Shown: piece after piece, positions 43,119 to 55,800 of the stretch
Position numbering within the stretch: the first letter of the stretch is position 1
Layout of the letters: each line of letters begins with the position of its first letter
Source of the DNA: Chrysemys picta bellii
Taxonomy: Eukaryota
Direction: 5' to 3'
DNA: 64,000 nt
Assembly (NCBI RefSeq): GCF_011386835.1
Contig: NC_088808.1
Span: forward strand, 16,926,001-16,990,000
Position numbers and translations under genes: made by a program
Notes under the pieces: model-generated
What the model was told of the DNA's origin: nothing
Database searches by the model: none
What the model saw: the letters and a program-made list of their open reading frames with translations, nothing else

Positions 43119-43595
43119 TGTAACTTGGCAACTGTCTCCCAAGCATCCCCTGGCGGCCTGAGGTAGCTCTGCAGTGCCCTGCCTCAGTTTCCCTCCCTAT
43201 AAAGTTCCACAAGAACTCCACTTCACAGTCCAATGGCAATTAAAACTCTCCCCTTCTCAGGTCCAGTTTATTTAGCCCTTAACACACTAACTCTCCAGGA
43301 CCCAACACCAGATTGCAGTTTTTCCTCCCCTTGAGTCAGGCGTCCCAACCCTCCTTCCCAGAACAGGGTTCTGTTCCTTTACTCACTGCAGAAAGCAGTC
43401 TTGTTCCCTCAATACTCATCTGCAGCTCCAGGCTTCTGTCCTTCCTATCACTCCCTAGCTGGAGTCTCGATGGCACTTACATGAGCTCCTTTTAAGTCCC
43501 ACTCCCAATGCAGATGTAGCAGGGCAGGGTGAATGGGACAGGACTGGCAGACCCAAGACCTGCTGGCCCTTACAGGGGCAGGCCACCCTGTTACA
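43119..43595. mobile_element. Solo LTR inserted in a CORE-SINE
   Basis: TGTAAC...GTTACA ends; 5-bp TSD GAGAT at 43114-18 and 43596-600. Confidence 0.85.
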
Positions 43596-44889
43596 GAGAT
43601 CTCTGGGTGAAAAACGCTATATAAGACTAGATACTATTATTTCACTATTATTTCATGTTGAGATAGCACCTGGCATCACAAAGGATCCCAAAGAGCTTCC
43701 CAAATTCTTTCTTGCTTTTGAAATTGCAGGCAGCACCACTGAAATGCAGCCACACTTGGTGTGTCATGTGCTCAGCACCTCTAGAACTCAGGCCACTTAT
43801 TTCAGTGCCCAACTTTAGCCAGCCAGGTTTGAATTTTTGGCCCTAAGTTACTCGCCCAAGGACATATAGGAACTCTGCTGCAGAGCTAAGACTAGACCTC
43901 AGATCTGGTGACTTCTAGTCTTGCATACTGATCAGATGATCATCTTTCCTCCCAGAGGGATTTTTGGCTAAGAACCCCAATGTAAAACCCTTACATAGCA
44001 CCTTCTAACTGAAGATCTCAAAGTACTTTACAAAGATAGATGCATTTTATTAGTCCCATTTTACAGACAAGGAAAGTGAGGCACAGATAAATGAAGTGAC
44101 TTGTCCAATCTAAGTAACACAGCTGAACAGCGAACCCAGGCATCCGACCTCCCAGACCCTGGTAATCACCATTAGACATTCTAGGACGCATTCAGGCTTG
44201 TTGTAATGTGAGCATGTGCAACGCTCTTCAGGTCAGTGGAGTTGCATCACCTGAGTTTGGTGCATTCTCTCAAAATACAAGATTAAAATAAGCAGAAACA
44301 TGAATGTCTGGAAGTCTCAGCACATGATAAGCCTAGCCACTGTATTGTCTAAAAACAGCTATTTGACATCTTTAAAAATTTTAAGCTACATCCTGTCTGC
44401 CTTACACAAGTAACCCCACTGAAATCAATGGGACCACCCATGTTAGTAAGCACGAGTTAGCCTTTAATGGCAATCCATCCTCACCTTGTCATAGGAATCA
44501 TTGTAAGCTTCAAGGAGAGGTAACATGAGGCCTCCTGGTTGTTTTGTGTTTGTACAGTGCTAGCACAATGGGGTCCTGGTCCATGTCTGGGATTCTTAGG
44601 CGCTTCGGCCCAGATACTCAAAAGTGATTTAGGTGCTTAAGTTCCATTGATTTCAATGGGAACTAGGTGCCTCAATACCTTTGGGGCTCTGGGCCCCGGT
44701 AATAAAAATACAAATTATTATTATTAATAACAATAATAAATAATAGCTGTCAAAGTCAACCATTTAAATTTGGGGGAATTTCTTCCTTTGCCCCACTCCT
44801 TCAATCCCAGTGTCCCCAGCAATCTTAGCTCAGAAATTGAATGTGACTCAGGCCTTAAACTGACGGGTTGTCACTGGCAAAACCTAGAG

Positions 44890-45100
44890 GCTGGATGTGG
44901 CCGCGGTTTTATCACTGCCTGCCAGCTGCCTCCTGTGCCCCTGCCTCCTCCCCGATGATTCAGCAAATCTTCTTACAGGAGAAAAACAAGCATATAAGTG
45001 AACAAATCAAAATGTCAGATTACAAAGATGAGCGGGGGAAAGTGTGGCACAAAGAGGGAGATAAAGGGCGGCAGAGTCACGTGGCCCGCGACTGGCAGGA
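44890..45100. promoter_or_regulatory. Candidate GFI1B enhancer with E-box/GATA composite
   Basis: Minus strand CAGCTG-N8-TGATAA (44928-44909), AGATAA 45059, CACGTG 45078, retained CpGs. Confidence 0.5.
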
Positions 45101-45861
45101 CTTACGAAGAATTTCTTTTTTTATTTTGTTTTTGTCTAATAAAAAACCACATGAAAACACGCTAAGAACTTAAACTGATAATACCTTCAAATGCTGAGCT
45201 TGCTAGCAATAAAATACAATGCAGAAGTGTGGGAGGAAATGGGGCACATGGTGCTCTCAGTTGTGCTGGTGTAACTGCTGGGGTCAATGGGGTTACTCTC
45301 GATTGTCATGACTGTACGTGAGAGCAGCATTTGGTCCAATCTGTTTAATATTATAATATGATACCCATTCTATCATGCAAGCTATTTTCAAAAGTACTTT
45401 CTGTTGTTAATACTAATAAAAAAATACTGGCCATGATTTTCAAAAGTCTGAGTGCCCAAGGTGAGACACCAAAAATGGGCTGGGTTTCCAGAAAGTGTTG
45501 AGCAGCTGTTCTTGGAAAATCAGCCACCTCAAGTTGGGCACCGAGCATCACTATTTACTTTACAAAAATCTTGTTCAGCAACCCATTTCACCCTCCACTA
45601 AAAGGCAGCCACCTCTGGAGTGGAATGTGGCAGCTGCTTAACAATTCAAAGCAATACTACACAACAGAAGAGAAAATGAAAAAGAAACCGCAATAGGAGT
45701 TTAGATAGAAAAAATGTAACTTCCAAAACTGGAATTTGACCAGGACATAACTGTTAAAGACCCCCTACTTTTACAGAAAATCCCATGGAATCTTAATGAC
45801 CCAGTTGGATAGTGCCTTTTATAGGAAGAGATCTATATTGCCCATATTTGATGATCTAGGA

Positions 45862-46051
45862 CAGGGATCGGCAACCTTTGGCACGCGGCCCGTCAGGGAT
45901 ATCCGCTGGGGGGCCGAGACTGTTTGTTTACCTGCAGCATCCGCAGGTTCAGCCAATTGCAGCTCCCACTGGCCGCGGTTCATCATTCCAGGCCAATGGG
46001 GGCTGCGGGAAGTGGCGTGGGCCGAGGGATGTGCTGGTTTCCCAGTTCATA
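45862..46051. mobile_element. Half copy of the fold-back hAT MITE seen at 51325
   Basis: CAGGGATCGGCAACCTTTGGCACG... collinear with the left arm of 51325-51657. Confidence 0.8.
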
Positions 46052-46187
46052 TTTAGTATTCACAAGTCCCTCCTTTCCTGCAGCATGGGCAAGTCTCCCT
46101 GAGGTCTGCCACACTCCAAGATATAGCTATACACAAGACCGAAACACAAACACAAAATGAAGACATAGCAGGAAAGCCAGAAAGCCA

Positions 46188-46360
46188 GGTTTGAGCACTG
46201 GCCTGCTAAACCCAGGGTTGTGAGTTCAATCCTTGAGGGGGCCACTTGGGGATCTGGGGCAAAATCAGTACTTGGTCCTGCTAGTGAAGGCAGGGGGCTG
46301 GACTCGATGACCTTTCAAGGTCCCTTCCACTTCTAGGAGATGGGATATCTCCATTAATTC
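46188..46360 (+). mobile_element. Tortoise Pol III SINE (tRNA head, CR1 tail), 5'-truncated
   Basis: GGTTTGAGCACTGGCCTGCTAAACCCAGGGTTGTGAGTTCAATCC B-box head; GGACTCGATGACCTTTCAAGGTCCCTTCCA CR1-like tail. Confidence 0.85.
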
Positions 46361-47023
46361 ATTAATATTAATTTAAAAAAAGTTGCTCAAGAATTTGTGA
46401 TGTCATGTTGTGAGTGTGTGTGTTTGTGTATCCTGGAGGATGAAAACTGTGAACGTTAATTCTGCTCTCACACCAGTTTCACACCAACATAACTCTTCTT
46501 ATTTACACCAGTGTAAGCAAGAGGAAACCCAAGATCTGTGTACTGGTCATGGGGTACTGCTGATCGGAACAACTGACCTAACTTGCCATAGTCCTATCCA
46601 CTCCATACCTCACCTGTACACCAGCGCATATTAGAAACCTGTTAAAGTCACACATTGCCTTAGAGCTTGGAAATGTATTATTGTGGCAAGTATTCATTCT
46701 TCAACACTATAGCCTGGGTGACTGTTAATGAGATAAGAACAGGGCTGAACATTAGTGTAACTGACTAGTGGGAATCTAAGTATCTCATACCCATGTGTAC
46801 AAAAGAAAATAAGTCACCCATATGAGACTGCTGATCCAGCTCACAATATTTGAACTGGGTACTTCATGCAACAAGCTCTTCACCCCCACAGCTAGCAGAG
46901 AACTGACACATCTGTACTTGCCCTACCTCGGGTTGGAGGAGCAGAGGAAATGTGGGATAGAGAGGTGGGGAAACACCAATGCTCCTTGAGTCTCTTTTAC
47001 TGGCTGTCACATCAACAGCATCT

Positions 47024-47164
47024 TTGGTATTCTTAGAGGGTCCTGTGGCACCTATGAGACTAACAGACTTTCTGTTAGTCTCAAAGGTGCCACAGGACCC
47101 TCTGTTGCTTTTTACAGATTCAGACTAACACGGCTACCCCTCTGATACTTGGTATTCTTAGAGG
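47024..47164. mobile_element. Penelope-like terminus, hairpin copy
   Basis: 33-bp inverted arms around CTT; direct repeat TTGGTATTCTTAGAGG at 47024-39 and 47149-64. Confidence 0.75.
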
Positions 47165-47610
47165 AGATACTCAGCCCTGACATAAGTGGTTGCAGCTCCC
47201 ACTGACCTGAAAGGATCAGAGTCATGGTCCACCCATGTGTTTTTCCTTCAAATGGAGTGAAAGCCACCATGCTAATAGATAGGGAGAGCTGGCATAAGAG
47301 TGAAGGATGGAAAAGTGGATAGGTGGCAAATACCAAACCTAGCCACAGGGCTGCAAGTTCTTCCATGTCTCCAGGTATCTGAATCAGTGCAGATGATGAG
47401 ACTCCGGGGCAACTCAAGAGTATTTTATTTTTGAAAGATGTTAATTCTTTCTGAAATATTCACTTAAAAACAGGTGTCTCTATCATGGCGAACGCTGAAT
47501 TCTTATTGTGCCCAGGTAATTATTGACATATAAATCTTATTCTAAATGATCACAACACCCTGTTGGATTAACAAACCATAGTGCTGCTGTCAGCTGAATT
47601 CTGTCCCAGT

Positions 47611-47624
47611 GCGCCCCCTGCTGT
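47611..47624 (-). promoter_or_regulatory. CTCF core motif, reverse
   Basis: Minus strand ACAGCAGGGGGCGC, one mismatch to CCASYAGRKGGCRS. Confidence 0.6.
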
Positions 47625-47671
47625 AGGTCAGATGAATATCAGCAACAATTGTATGCAATGGTGTTGCCCTG

Positions 47672-48050
47672 TCGATCCCAGGATACTGGAGAGACAAGGT
47701 AGGTGAGGTAATAACTTTTATTGGAACCAACTTCTTTTGGTGAGAGAGACAAGCTTTCGAGCTTACACAGAGCTCTTCTTCAGCTCTGGGAAATCGACAC
47801 AGAGCGTCACAGCTAAATACAGGGTGGCACAGATTGTTTATCATAAGTAATTAACACGTATTACTAGGGACCATTAACCTTGAACCCTACTTATGCTAAA
47901 CAATCTGTTCCACCTCTTATTTAGCTGTGACATTCTGTGTACATTTCCCAGAGCTGAAGAAGAGCTCTGTGTAAGCTCGAAAGTTTGTCTCTCTCACCAA
48001 CAGAAGTCGGCCCAGTAAAAGATATTACCTCACCCACCTTGCTTCTCTAA
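47672..48050. mobile_element. Penelope-like inverted duplication with two hammerhead folds
   Basis: ~380-bp quasi-palindrome; CUGAAGA-A-GAGC..GCUC-GAAAG on both strands (47747-47787 minus, 47950-47990 plus). Confidence 0.75.
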
Positions 48051-49439
48051 TCGGCAACTATTGCAAGAACTCTTTCAATACATAATGTGTAATAGGAAAT
48101 GATGATTGTTTTATTTATCAGTTGCCATGTTGCCAACTTGCACGATACTATCTTGAGTTTCACGATAATTAGTGTACTCCTTAAAGCCCCAGTTCCCAGA
48201 AACAAGGGACTATTTCAAATCTGAGCTTTCATTTAAAAAAAAAAAAAAAAAGCCAGTTTCTAACCTTAATGGTTGCAGAGAAAAGCTTAGAAATGTGATG
48301 CTGGAATATCCTGAAAGCTCAAAACACAGAAAGTATATAAAAACAACCCCAAATTAATTATTTATTATAAATCTCATGATTTGTAAAATAATCTCATGAT
48401 TTTGGGTGTCCTGATTCATGACTTTTGAACATTTGGAATCGGCTATACTACTTCCACCCTCTACCAAGGTTCTCTGGGCGTAGCACAAAACAATTAACTA
48501 CAGCTGCAACAACAAAAAAGCAAACAATTAAAAAAACAACAAAATAAATTTAAGAAGTGTAAAACAATGAAACACTAGATATAAATTAAAATAGAATCGG
48601 CTTGATTCTGCTGTCATGTACATCTGTCTTATGTGTAACTCCACTCACTGCTGTGGAGTTACTTCTGATTTAAATCAGCAAAAACAGAGTAAAATCAGGC
48701 CCAATGATTCTATAAGAACATTTTTTTAAATGATAGGTTCTATCTACCTGTGTACCTTAGGCTTTCTCCATAATTTACACCAGTACACCCCCCCCAAAAA
48801 AAGCCAACAACAACAACAAAACAACAGATATCCAGGTTCATTATCAATACTAAAAGGAAAACAAAGGAGGACAATGTGGTACAATAAATGGGGCACTGAC
48901 CTGATAGCCAGAAGACACAGGTTCTGTTCTGTCCTCTACCATGGATCTGCTGTGTGACCTGGGGCAAGTTACTCCATTGCTCTGTGCCTCTTTCCCGCTC
49001 CTGGATCCTTGGAGAAGGAACTACACGGAAGGCTAGCCATGTTACTCAGTGCATCATTGGAAGGCACCCAGATACCGCAATAATAGAGATGGAATAAGAA
49101 CCTGAATGGAAGAGCAGCGAATGAGTTGTAAAATGTACAGGTTTGGGGGATGCCACACAAGGGCGTGGAGGCTACAGGCTGAGGTGCGCCTGTGGGAGCC
49201 GCACGCAGGACTTCAGGCAACGGGCTGAGGATTTGAGGGTGAAAGCAAGGGCACTGTGGGAGGGAAGCTAGTTAATGGTCTCAAAGCTGTGGAGAAGTGG
49301 AAGAGGCACAATGAAGGGGCTGGAGCAGGAGGACTCACACAAACCTGGTGGCGTGATGGGCTGATTTGGGTGGGAGCCACAGAAAGGCTGTCAGGCCTTG
49401 TTGGAGCCACAAAGCCCTTGGGAGAGGGGGCTGGGAAGC

Positions 49440-49830
49440 TATTGAATGTCAAGAGGCAGGTTGTTCGAGGGGGCGCTGTTCCCCACCTCGCCCCCTCGCA
49501 GTCTGGCTGGGGACAGGTTGTTGTGACAGGAACCGTTCTTCCCCGGAACCTTGGCGCTGCAGCGGCTGGGGGAGCGTATTGGGGAGCGGACCCCGAGGGG
49601 GTCGCAGAATCAGGCGGCGGAGGCGCGGCCGGGCGGGGGGAGATGGCGGCCGGGGGAGGCGGGGAGCAGGGCTCGGCCGTGCTGGAGCTGCCTCGCGGCC
49701 CGCGGCTGGTGTGCGTGGAGTACCCGGGCCTGGTGCGCGACGTGGGCAAGATGCTGCAGACTCTGGGAGGAGAAGAGGGGGTGTCCCGGGTAAGGGGGCC
49801 CCCGGGGGAGGGCGAGCTCCGGGTAACCAG
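49440..49830. promoter_or_regulatory. GTF3C5: GTF3C5 CpG-island promoter / exon 1
   Basis: CpG-dense; GGGCGGGG boxes; AGATGGCGGC over the start codon. Confidence 0.75.
49643..49789 (+). CDS. GTF3C5: GTF3C5 exon 1
   Basis: MAAGG...GGEEGVSR|GTAAGG. Confidence 0.93.
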
Positions 49831-52800
49831 GCTTCCTGGGTAAAAGATGCCTGTGGGGAGGGGGCTTTCCTAGCGGGTTGCAGGCGGGTTTCCTCGGTGA
49901 GGGGTTCCCTGGGTACGGGTCATCTGGGGTAAAGTGGGGATGGATCTAAGGGCTTCCCGGGGGAGGGATTGTCCCAGTAAATCCCAGGGAGGGGGTTGGG
50001 GTGGGCAGGGGAGCGGGGTGTTCTTGGTAAGAGTTATCTGGGTTACAGTGAGAAGCGCCTAGGATTTCTTAGAAGGTGGGAGGTGTCCTGGTTAAAGGGA
50101 CCTCAAGGGGAAGGAGGCTGGGGGCTATCCAAGGGATGCTCTAATAAATTTGTTAGTCTCTAAGGTGCCACAAGTACTCCTGTTCTTTTTTAGAGGGATA
50201 GAGGGAGATGTTGGAGATGTTAACTTCGGGGCGGGGGGGCTGAAGGTGTCTGTCGTGGATAAAGGGAGCCCTGAGAAGAGGGTCTAGAGTTCTGAGTAAG
50301 GGTGGATGATCCAGTTCAGCGAGCTCTCTTGCTGTGGGTGATCCCATAAGGTGTGTGTTGGGATTAGAGTGAGGCGCAGCTAGGGGGTACTTAGATAGAC
50401 TGTAATTGGAGGGAAATGCCCTAAATAAGAGGGTGAGAATCTATGGTTCTCTGGGGTAAAGAGACTTGCTCTGGGCTGGTGCCCCATGAAAAGGAGGTGA
50501 TGGTCACTAAGGGATAGCATTTTGGTTTGGAGGTGGATGGGGAGGGCATGATGCAGAGGAAAATTCAGTTGGTTTTTTTGGAGGGACAAATTTGATGTTG
50601 AAAAGTGCTTATGCTCTTCGTAATGTAGATATATGCTGACCCTGGAAAAAGGCTCGAGTTGTACTTCCGCCCCAAGGATCCCTACTGCCATCCTGTGTGT
50701 GCCAACCGCTTCCCTACCTCTTCCATGCTGTTCAAGGTAAAGAGGAAGATTAGGAGGAAGCAGCTGGAAGCTGAAGGAGAAACCCAACAGGAAGTCAAGT
50801 TTGAAATGGAAGTTCTTGGGGTTGTCTCCACTGTTTACAAATTTCAAGGTAGTAATTTGATCTGCCTATGTGTGTGGAGTAGTGACTAGCAGTTCTGGTG
50901 GGAAAAGGGCAGTGCTCCCTCTTGCTTGAGTCCAACAAACTGTGTGTTCAGAAAACCGTGCATGTCAACCGTACAACATTGGTATCTAGGGAACTCAATG
51001 TGTGACCTGGATTTGATACCATCCCGCTTCTGTATTGTGACTTAATAACACATTGTCCTCTCTGGTGTTGTATTAGATTATACTATAATCCAACATGTTT
51101 TATAATGGATGCACCTATGCAGGATAAAGGGGAAAAGTTGTATTTTCATGGACAGTAATGTATTATTGTTTTTAACCTTTAGTTAACTGCTTGGCAGGTG
51201 TTTAAGATAGGGAAATATAAAGTATTATGCTTGAAAAATGAAAGTAGGACAAGGTTTCCAGAGTGCTTTTATGAATGCACTATCACCAGGGTGCAGCTTC
51301 CCGAATGTGAATTAATACCTGGCCGAGGAATCAGCAACCTTTGGCACGCAGCCCATCAGGGAAATCCGCTGGTGGGCCGGGACAGTTTGTTTACCTGCAG
51401 CGTACGTAGGTTCGTCTGATTGCAGCTCCCACTGTTCATGGTTTGCCGTTCCAGGCCAATGGGGGCTGCGGGAAGCGGCGCAGGCCGAGGGATGTGCTGG
51501 CCACCGCTTCCCGCAGCCCCCATTGGCCTGGAACAGCAAACCGCGGCCAGTGGGAGCTGCAATTGGCTAAACCTGCAGACGCTGCAGATAAACAAATCGT
51601 CCCAGCCTGCCAGCGGATTTCCCTGACGAGCCGTGTGCCAAAGGTTGCTGATTCCTGACCTAGCCCATTTAACTCAGTGCAGGAAACAGCATCTTCCCAG
51701 AGGTGTCTGAGGAAAGGAGAACTGGGTATTGTGCAGCATATTATTGTCTCTGATACACACCTTTTTATCTTGACTTTTCCCTCCTCATAGGAATGTCTGA
51801 TTTCCAGTACCTGGCAATGCATTCTGGACCTGAAAGCAAACAGATCTCTATGTATGACAAGATCTTGATGCTCAAACCAGAAAAGGAGGAATTCTTCAAT
51901 AGGGAATTACCCCTCTACATCCCCCCACCTATTTTTTCACGTCTGGATACCCCTATAGACTATTTCTATCGGCCAGATGTACAACACCGGTCAGTGCCTT
52001 TTCTTGTGATGTAGTAAATAGTTACATTGTCTCTTGAATGAATAGATAATAGAAACCTTTTACTGGGCCAGCATATCACTTATAAAATCTGAATTTTCAA
52101 GTTCACTGGGAGGATATCCCTGCTTCATTACCTGAAGAAACCTCTTGTAGTATAACAGACATGGTTTGGTAGTAAAGGATCTTTCAAAATGGCGTATAAG
52201 AAAAATTGAAGGGGTTAGATGATCTTGGGGGGTCATGTTGTTTGTATCAGGCAGTGATCATGACCAAAGCATAGGATGCTTTTGTTTTGTTTCTTTGTCC
52301 AGAGTCTATCTGTGTAATTGAAATGAGAAAAAAATAGATTTAAAATAACCAATATCCCACTGAGCGAATGTTTTTTTAATGTGGAATCTGTGCTCTTTCA
52401 GAACAGCATTTTAAAATATTTCAGTCATATGCCTCATCAGGGCAAACTGCTATAACCGATACATGCCTTTGTTATCTCTCTTTCCATGTTAGCTTTGTTT
52501 ATTTCAATACAATCTGGACAAAAATACTTGGAAGGTAGCATGGGCTAAATGGAGCTCTGCAAGTCAAGAGCTCTTCCACTAGCAAGCTTGTGGTCTTGGG
52601 CAAGTCACTTCTTTCTGTTTCCTTATTTTTGTTCTGAAATAACTGAGATGATAATTATAGTCACCTGCACAAAATAGGTCTTACCAGAGTGGAGATAAGG
52701 GGTTGCTTAGTTGGGGCTTGTGGCCTATTAAGTTGTTTCTGGTTTGAGTTTCGTGGACTTCCTTTGAATTCGGAAAAAAAATGCCATTGTCACAGAGATT

Positions 52801-55800
52801 TAAAAAAAAAAGGAAGAAATGGGTAGAAAGTATACTGTGGGGAAATAATCCTGCACTAGCCTACTGGGGATTGAACAAAGGAGCCCCGTGGAGAAACCTT
52901 GCACTGTGTAAGAGAGAGCCATTGATGGGATCATGTTTTGGGAAATAGCACGGGTGGATAGCACTGCAATCTCGCCTCACTTTGCTTTCAGGCAGTCTCA
53001 AAACAAACATCAAGAATAGTCTGCAGTATCCTAGAGAATTGTATGTAAATGTGGTTCTTACTGGAAAAGTATTAATATGATTTCAAATCTTATTGCGGCA
53101 GAGGACTTCCATCTTGTGGCATTCAAGGTTTTGAGAAAAAGGAAGGATAGCCTCATAGTCAAGGTTGTGGACTAAGACTCCAGAGACCTGGGTTAATTTC
53201 TCACTCTGGCACAGACATCCTATGAGATCTGGGCAAATCACTTGTCTGTGTGTTTCAGTTTCCAATCTGTAAAAGGGGGATAATAGCACTTCCCTACTTC
53301 ACAGATGTTTGTGAGGGAAAAATACATTACCAACTGTGAGGTGCTCTGTCACTACATTGATGAATGCCATATAAGTACCTTAGATGGGTTTTTCCCTCAG
53401 AACTATAAAGAATTATGATCTCACCCGGGTTTACATTTTCCATCCCGTGCATTCTCTTCCCTAAAAGCCTTCTGTCCACTTTAAACCCAAACTAAAACTA
53501 TAACAAAAGAAATCTTTTAGGGTTTTTTTGTTTGTTTGTTTGTTTTAAATTTCCACTCTTCTCCCACTGTTGACATGCAGCTTGAGGTGATTTGGCAGCT
53601 TCTTTCTCTCTCTTCCCCGCCATAGAAATCTTGGTGGGTGAACTGAGAAATCCCATTTTAATAGCTGCTTTAAAGCTTTTTGTTTCATCAAACACCCTTG
53701 GAGGGCTCCCAAATGAAACTTTGGGTTGAAGGTCTGTTGCATCTAGACACAAGACAAAATTCCCATTTCTCCCACTCCTAGGACTGGGAGTTGGACCCTG
53801 CATGGTAATGTGAAGTTGTACTGGTTAGGCCTTTTGGCTGGCTTCCATGTGTTTCCAGTGGACTGGAGGTTGATGGAGAGTGGTGCAAGTGCACATGCCA
53901 AGGGTTGCTGAGGTGGCATTCACTGGAACTGTTTGCTTCTGTTACTTTGTTTGTTTTGCCATCAATAACAATGAAATCTGTGATGTCTCCCACGAAAAAC
54001 AGCTTTATTTTTCTCACTGTTGTCCTTCATTTGGGCTAAAAAGTGCAAATAAATATGATCGGACTCCGGGATTGCATTTTTAACTGCTCCATTGCCTCAC
54101 CTCTCTGTTTCTCTGTACTCTTGATGACTGTAGCAATGGGAACATAGAGACCCGTGGAGGCTAAGCCTGCCTTTGTGGATTGAAAATTCTGATTGAGTGA
54201 CTAACATGTAATGCAGAGGTCCCCAAACTCTGGGGCATGCACCCCTGGGGGGCATGGAGGAACATTCAGAGGGGCACAGCGGGCTCGTGCAGCCCCCATG
54301 GCGGGGAGCGGGTAAGAAGTGCCACCCAGCCCCACCCCGCCCCCAGCTCTGCTCCGGTCCTGCCCCCAGCTGTGGCCCCGGCTCCTGGCCCCGTCCCCAG
54401 CCTCAGTGTGGCTCTGCACCAGCCGCAGGCGCGCCTGTGGCTCCATTCCCACCCCCAGCCATGGCCCCTGGTTGTGGCTTTGTTCCCAGCCCCAGCCTCG
54501 GTCCCCTGTGGGGCGGCGGCTCGGGGGAGGGGGAATGCAGACCCTCAAAAGTTTGGGGACCACTGGTGTAAGGTTTGTTTCAGTTAAAATAAATACATGG
54601 AAGCTCTGTCCTAGGGGTATTGGACATGGATCATAGTTTTCTCATTGGAAAAGTGATTCTCAATTTTTTCACTCTGGACCACTCCATAAGGGAGTCTTTA
54701 ATGGTGACCTGGCTTGGACTACCCAAATCCACATTTACTTGGGACCCAAATATCTTCCTACCCTAGATCTTGAGCGGCAAAGGGCTAGTTCAGAAACCTA
54801 GTTCAGCAATTCCACCTAATGTCATTCCCCAGCACCAGTTTTTCTAAGACCAGAAAATAAACTTAATTTCCACGTTTCAGTGGAAGCTACTAAGTGTAAA
54901 AGAGAAGGAGGAAGAAAGTATGACTAATACTTTGCATTGCTTCTTAGGGACGGCTACAACAATCCCCAGGTGTCTTGTGAGAACCTGATCGGCCTCAGCA
55001 GGGCCCGTCGACCACACAATGCCATCTTTGTGAACTTCGATGATGATGACATCCCGACTAAGCCGCTAGAGCCTGCAGTGCAGACCTGGAAGAAAGTGTG
55101 CACCAATCCTGTGGATAAAAAAGTGGAGGAAGAGCTGAGAAAGGTACAGGCCAAATCTCGGGGGAAGGGACTGGTCCAAAAGCAACTCCAGTGCACAGTG
55201 TGTGGGAGAAACTTCACAGGCTGCCTTCAGTGAATTTTTTGGCTTCCCGGAAAATTGCTGTCTACAAGGATTTATTTTATAGATCTGTGTTTAACATTAT
55301 TTACAGACCTCCACAAAGGATTCTCAAGACTGATCAAGGTGCCGTATCATAAATGTGATGGTGAATGATACAGTGTGGTCTGATCATTAGAGCAGGGAAC
55401 TGAAAGCCAGAACTCATGGGTTCTGTTTCTATTTCTGCTTCATATGTGCTGTGTAATTTTGTCAGTGTTTTATCCCCCTCTCTGTTTCTTGATTTGTAAA
55501 ATGGGAATGATAACACGGACGTACCTGGTGATAATATTAAATGTTTGCCAAGTACTTGGAAATCTTGAGGTGTAAGGTGCTACAGAAATATTAGATCCCC
55601 AGGATGCTTACAGTTCTCATTGCCAAGAGTTTTAGGGTTCTTCGTGGTTTTATGAAAATTCTATTGGAGGCAGAAGTAAATGCACTGAAGGATAGGGCAT
55701 GGCTTAAACCATCAAGGAGAAGCTATAGTTATTCTAAGTTACTTGAAACCCGAACAGCCAGGTGGTACATCCGTTACCGTCTTCCACTTCCCCACATATT

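Noticed and set aside
46188-46240. tRNA-like sequence (also 14415-14467)
   Set aside because: SINE/LTR-derived heads lacking a complete cloverleaf; not tRNA genes.
49213-49932. Long overlapping ORFs (178, 188 and 195 aa) at the GTF3C5 island
   Set aside because: Explained by GC richness and overlap with the real exon 1; low-complexity Pro/Gly/Arg products.
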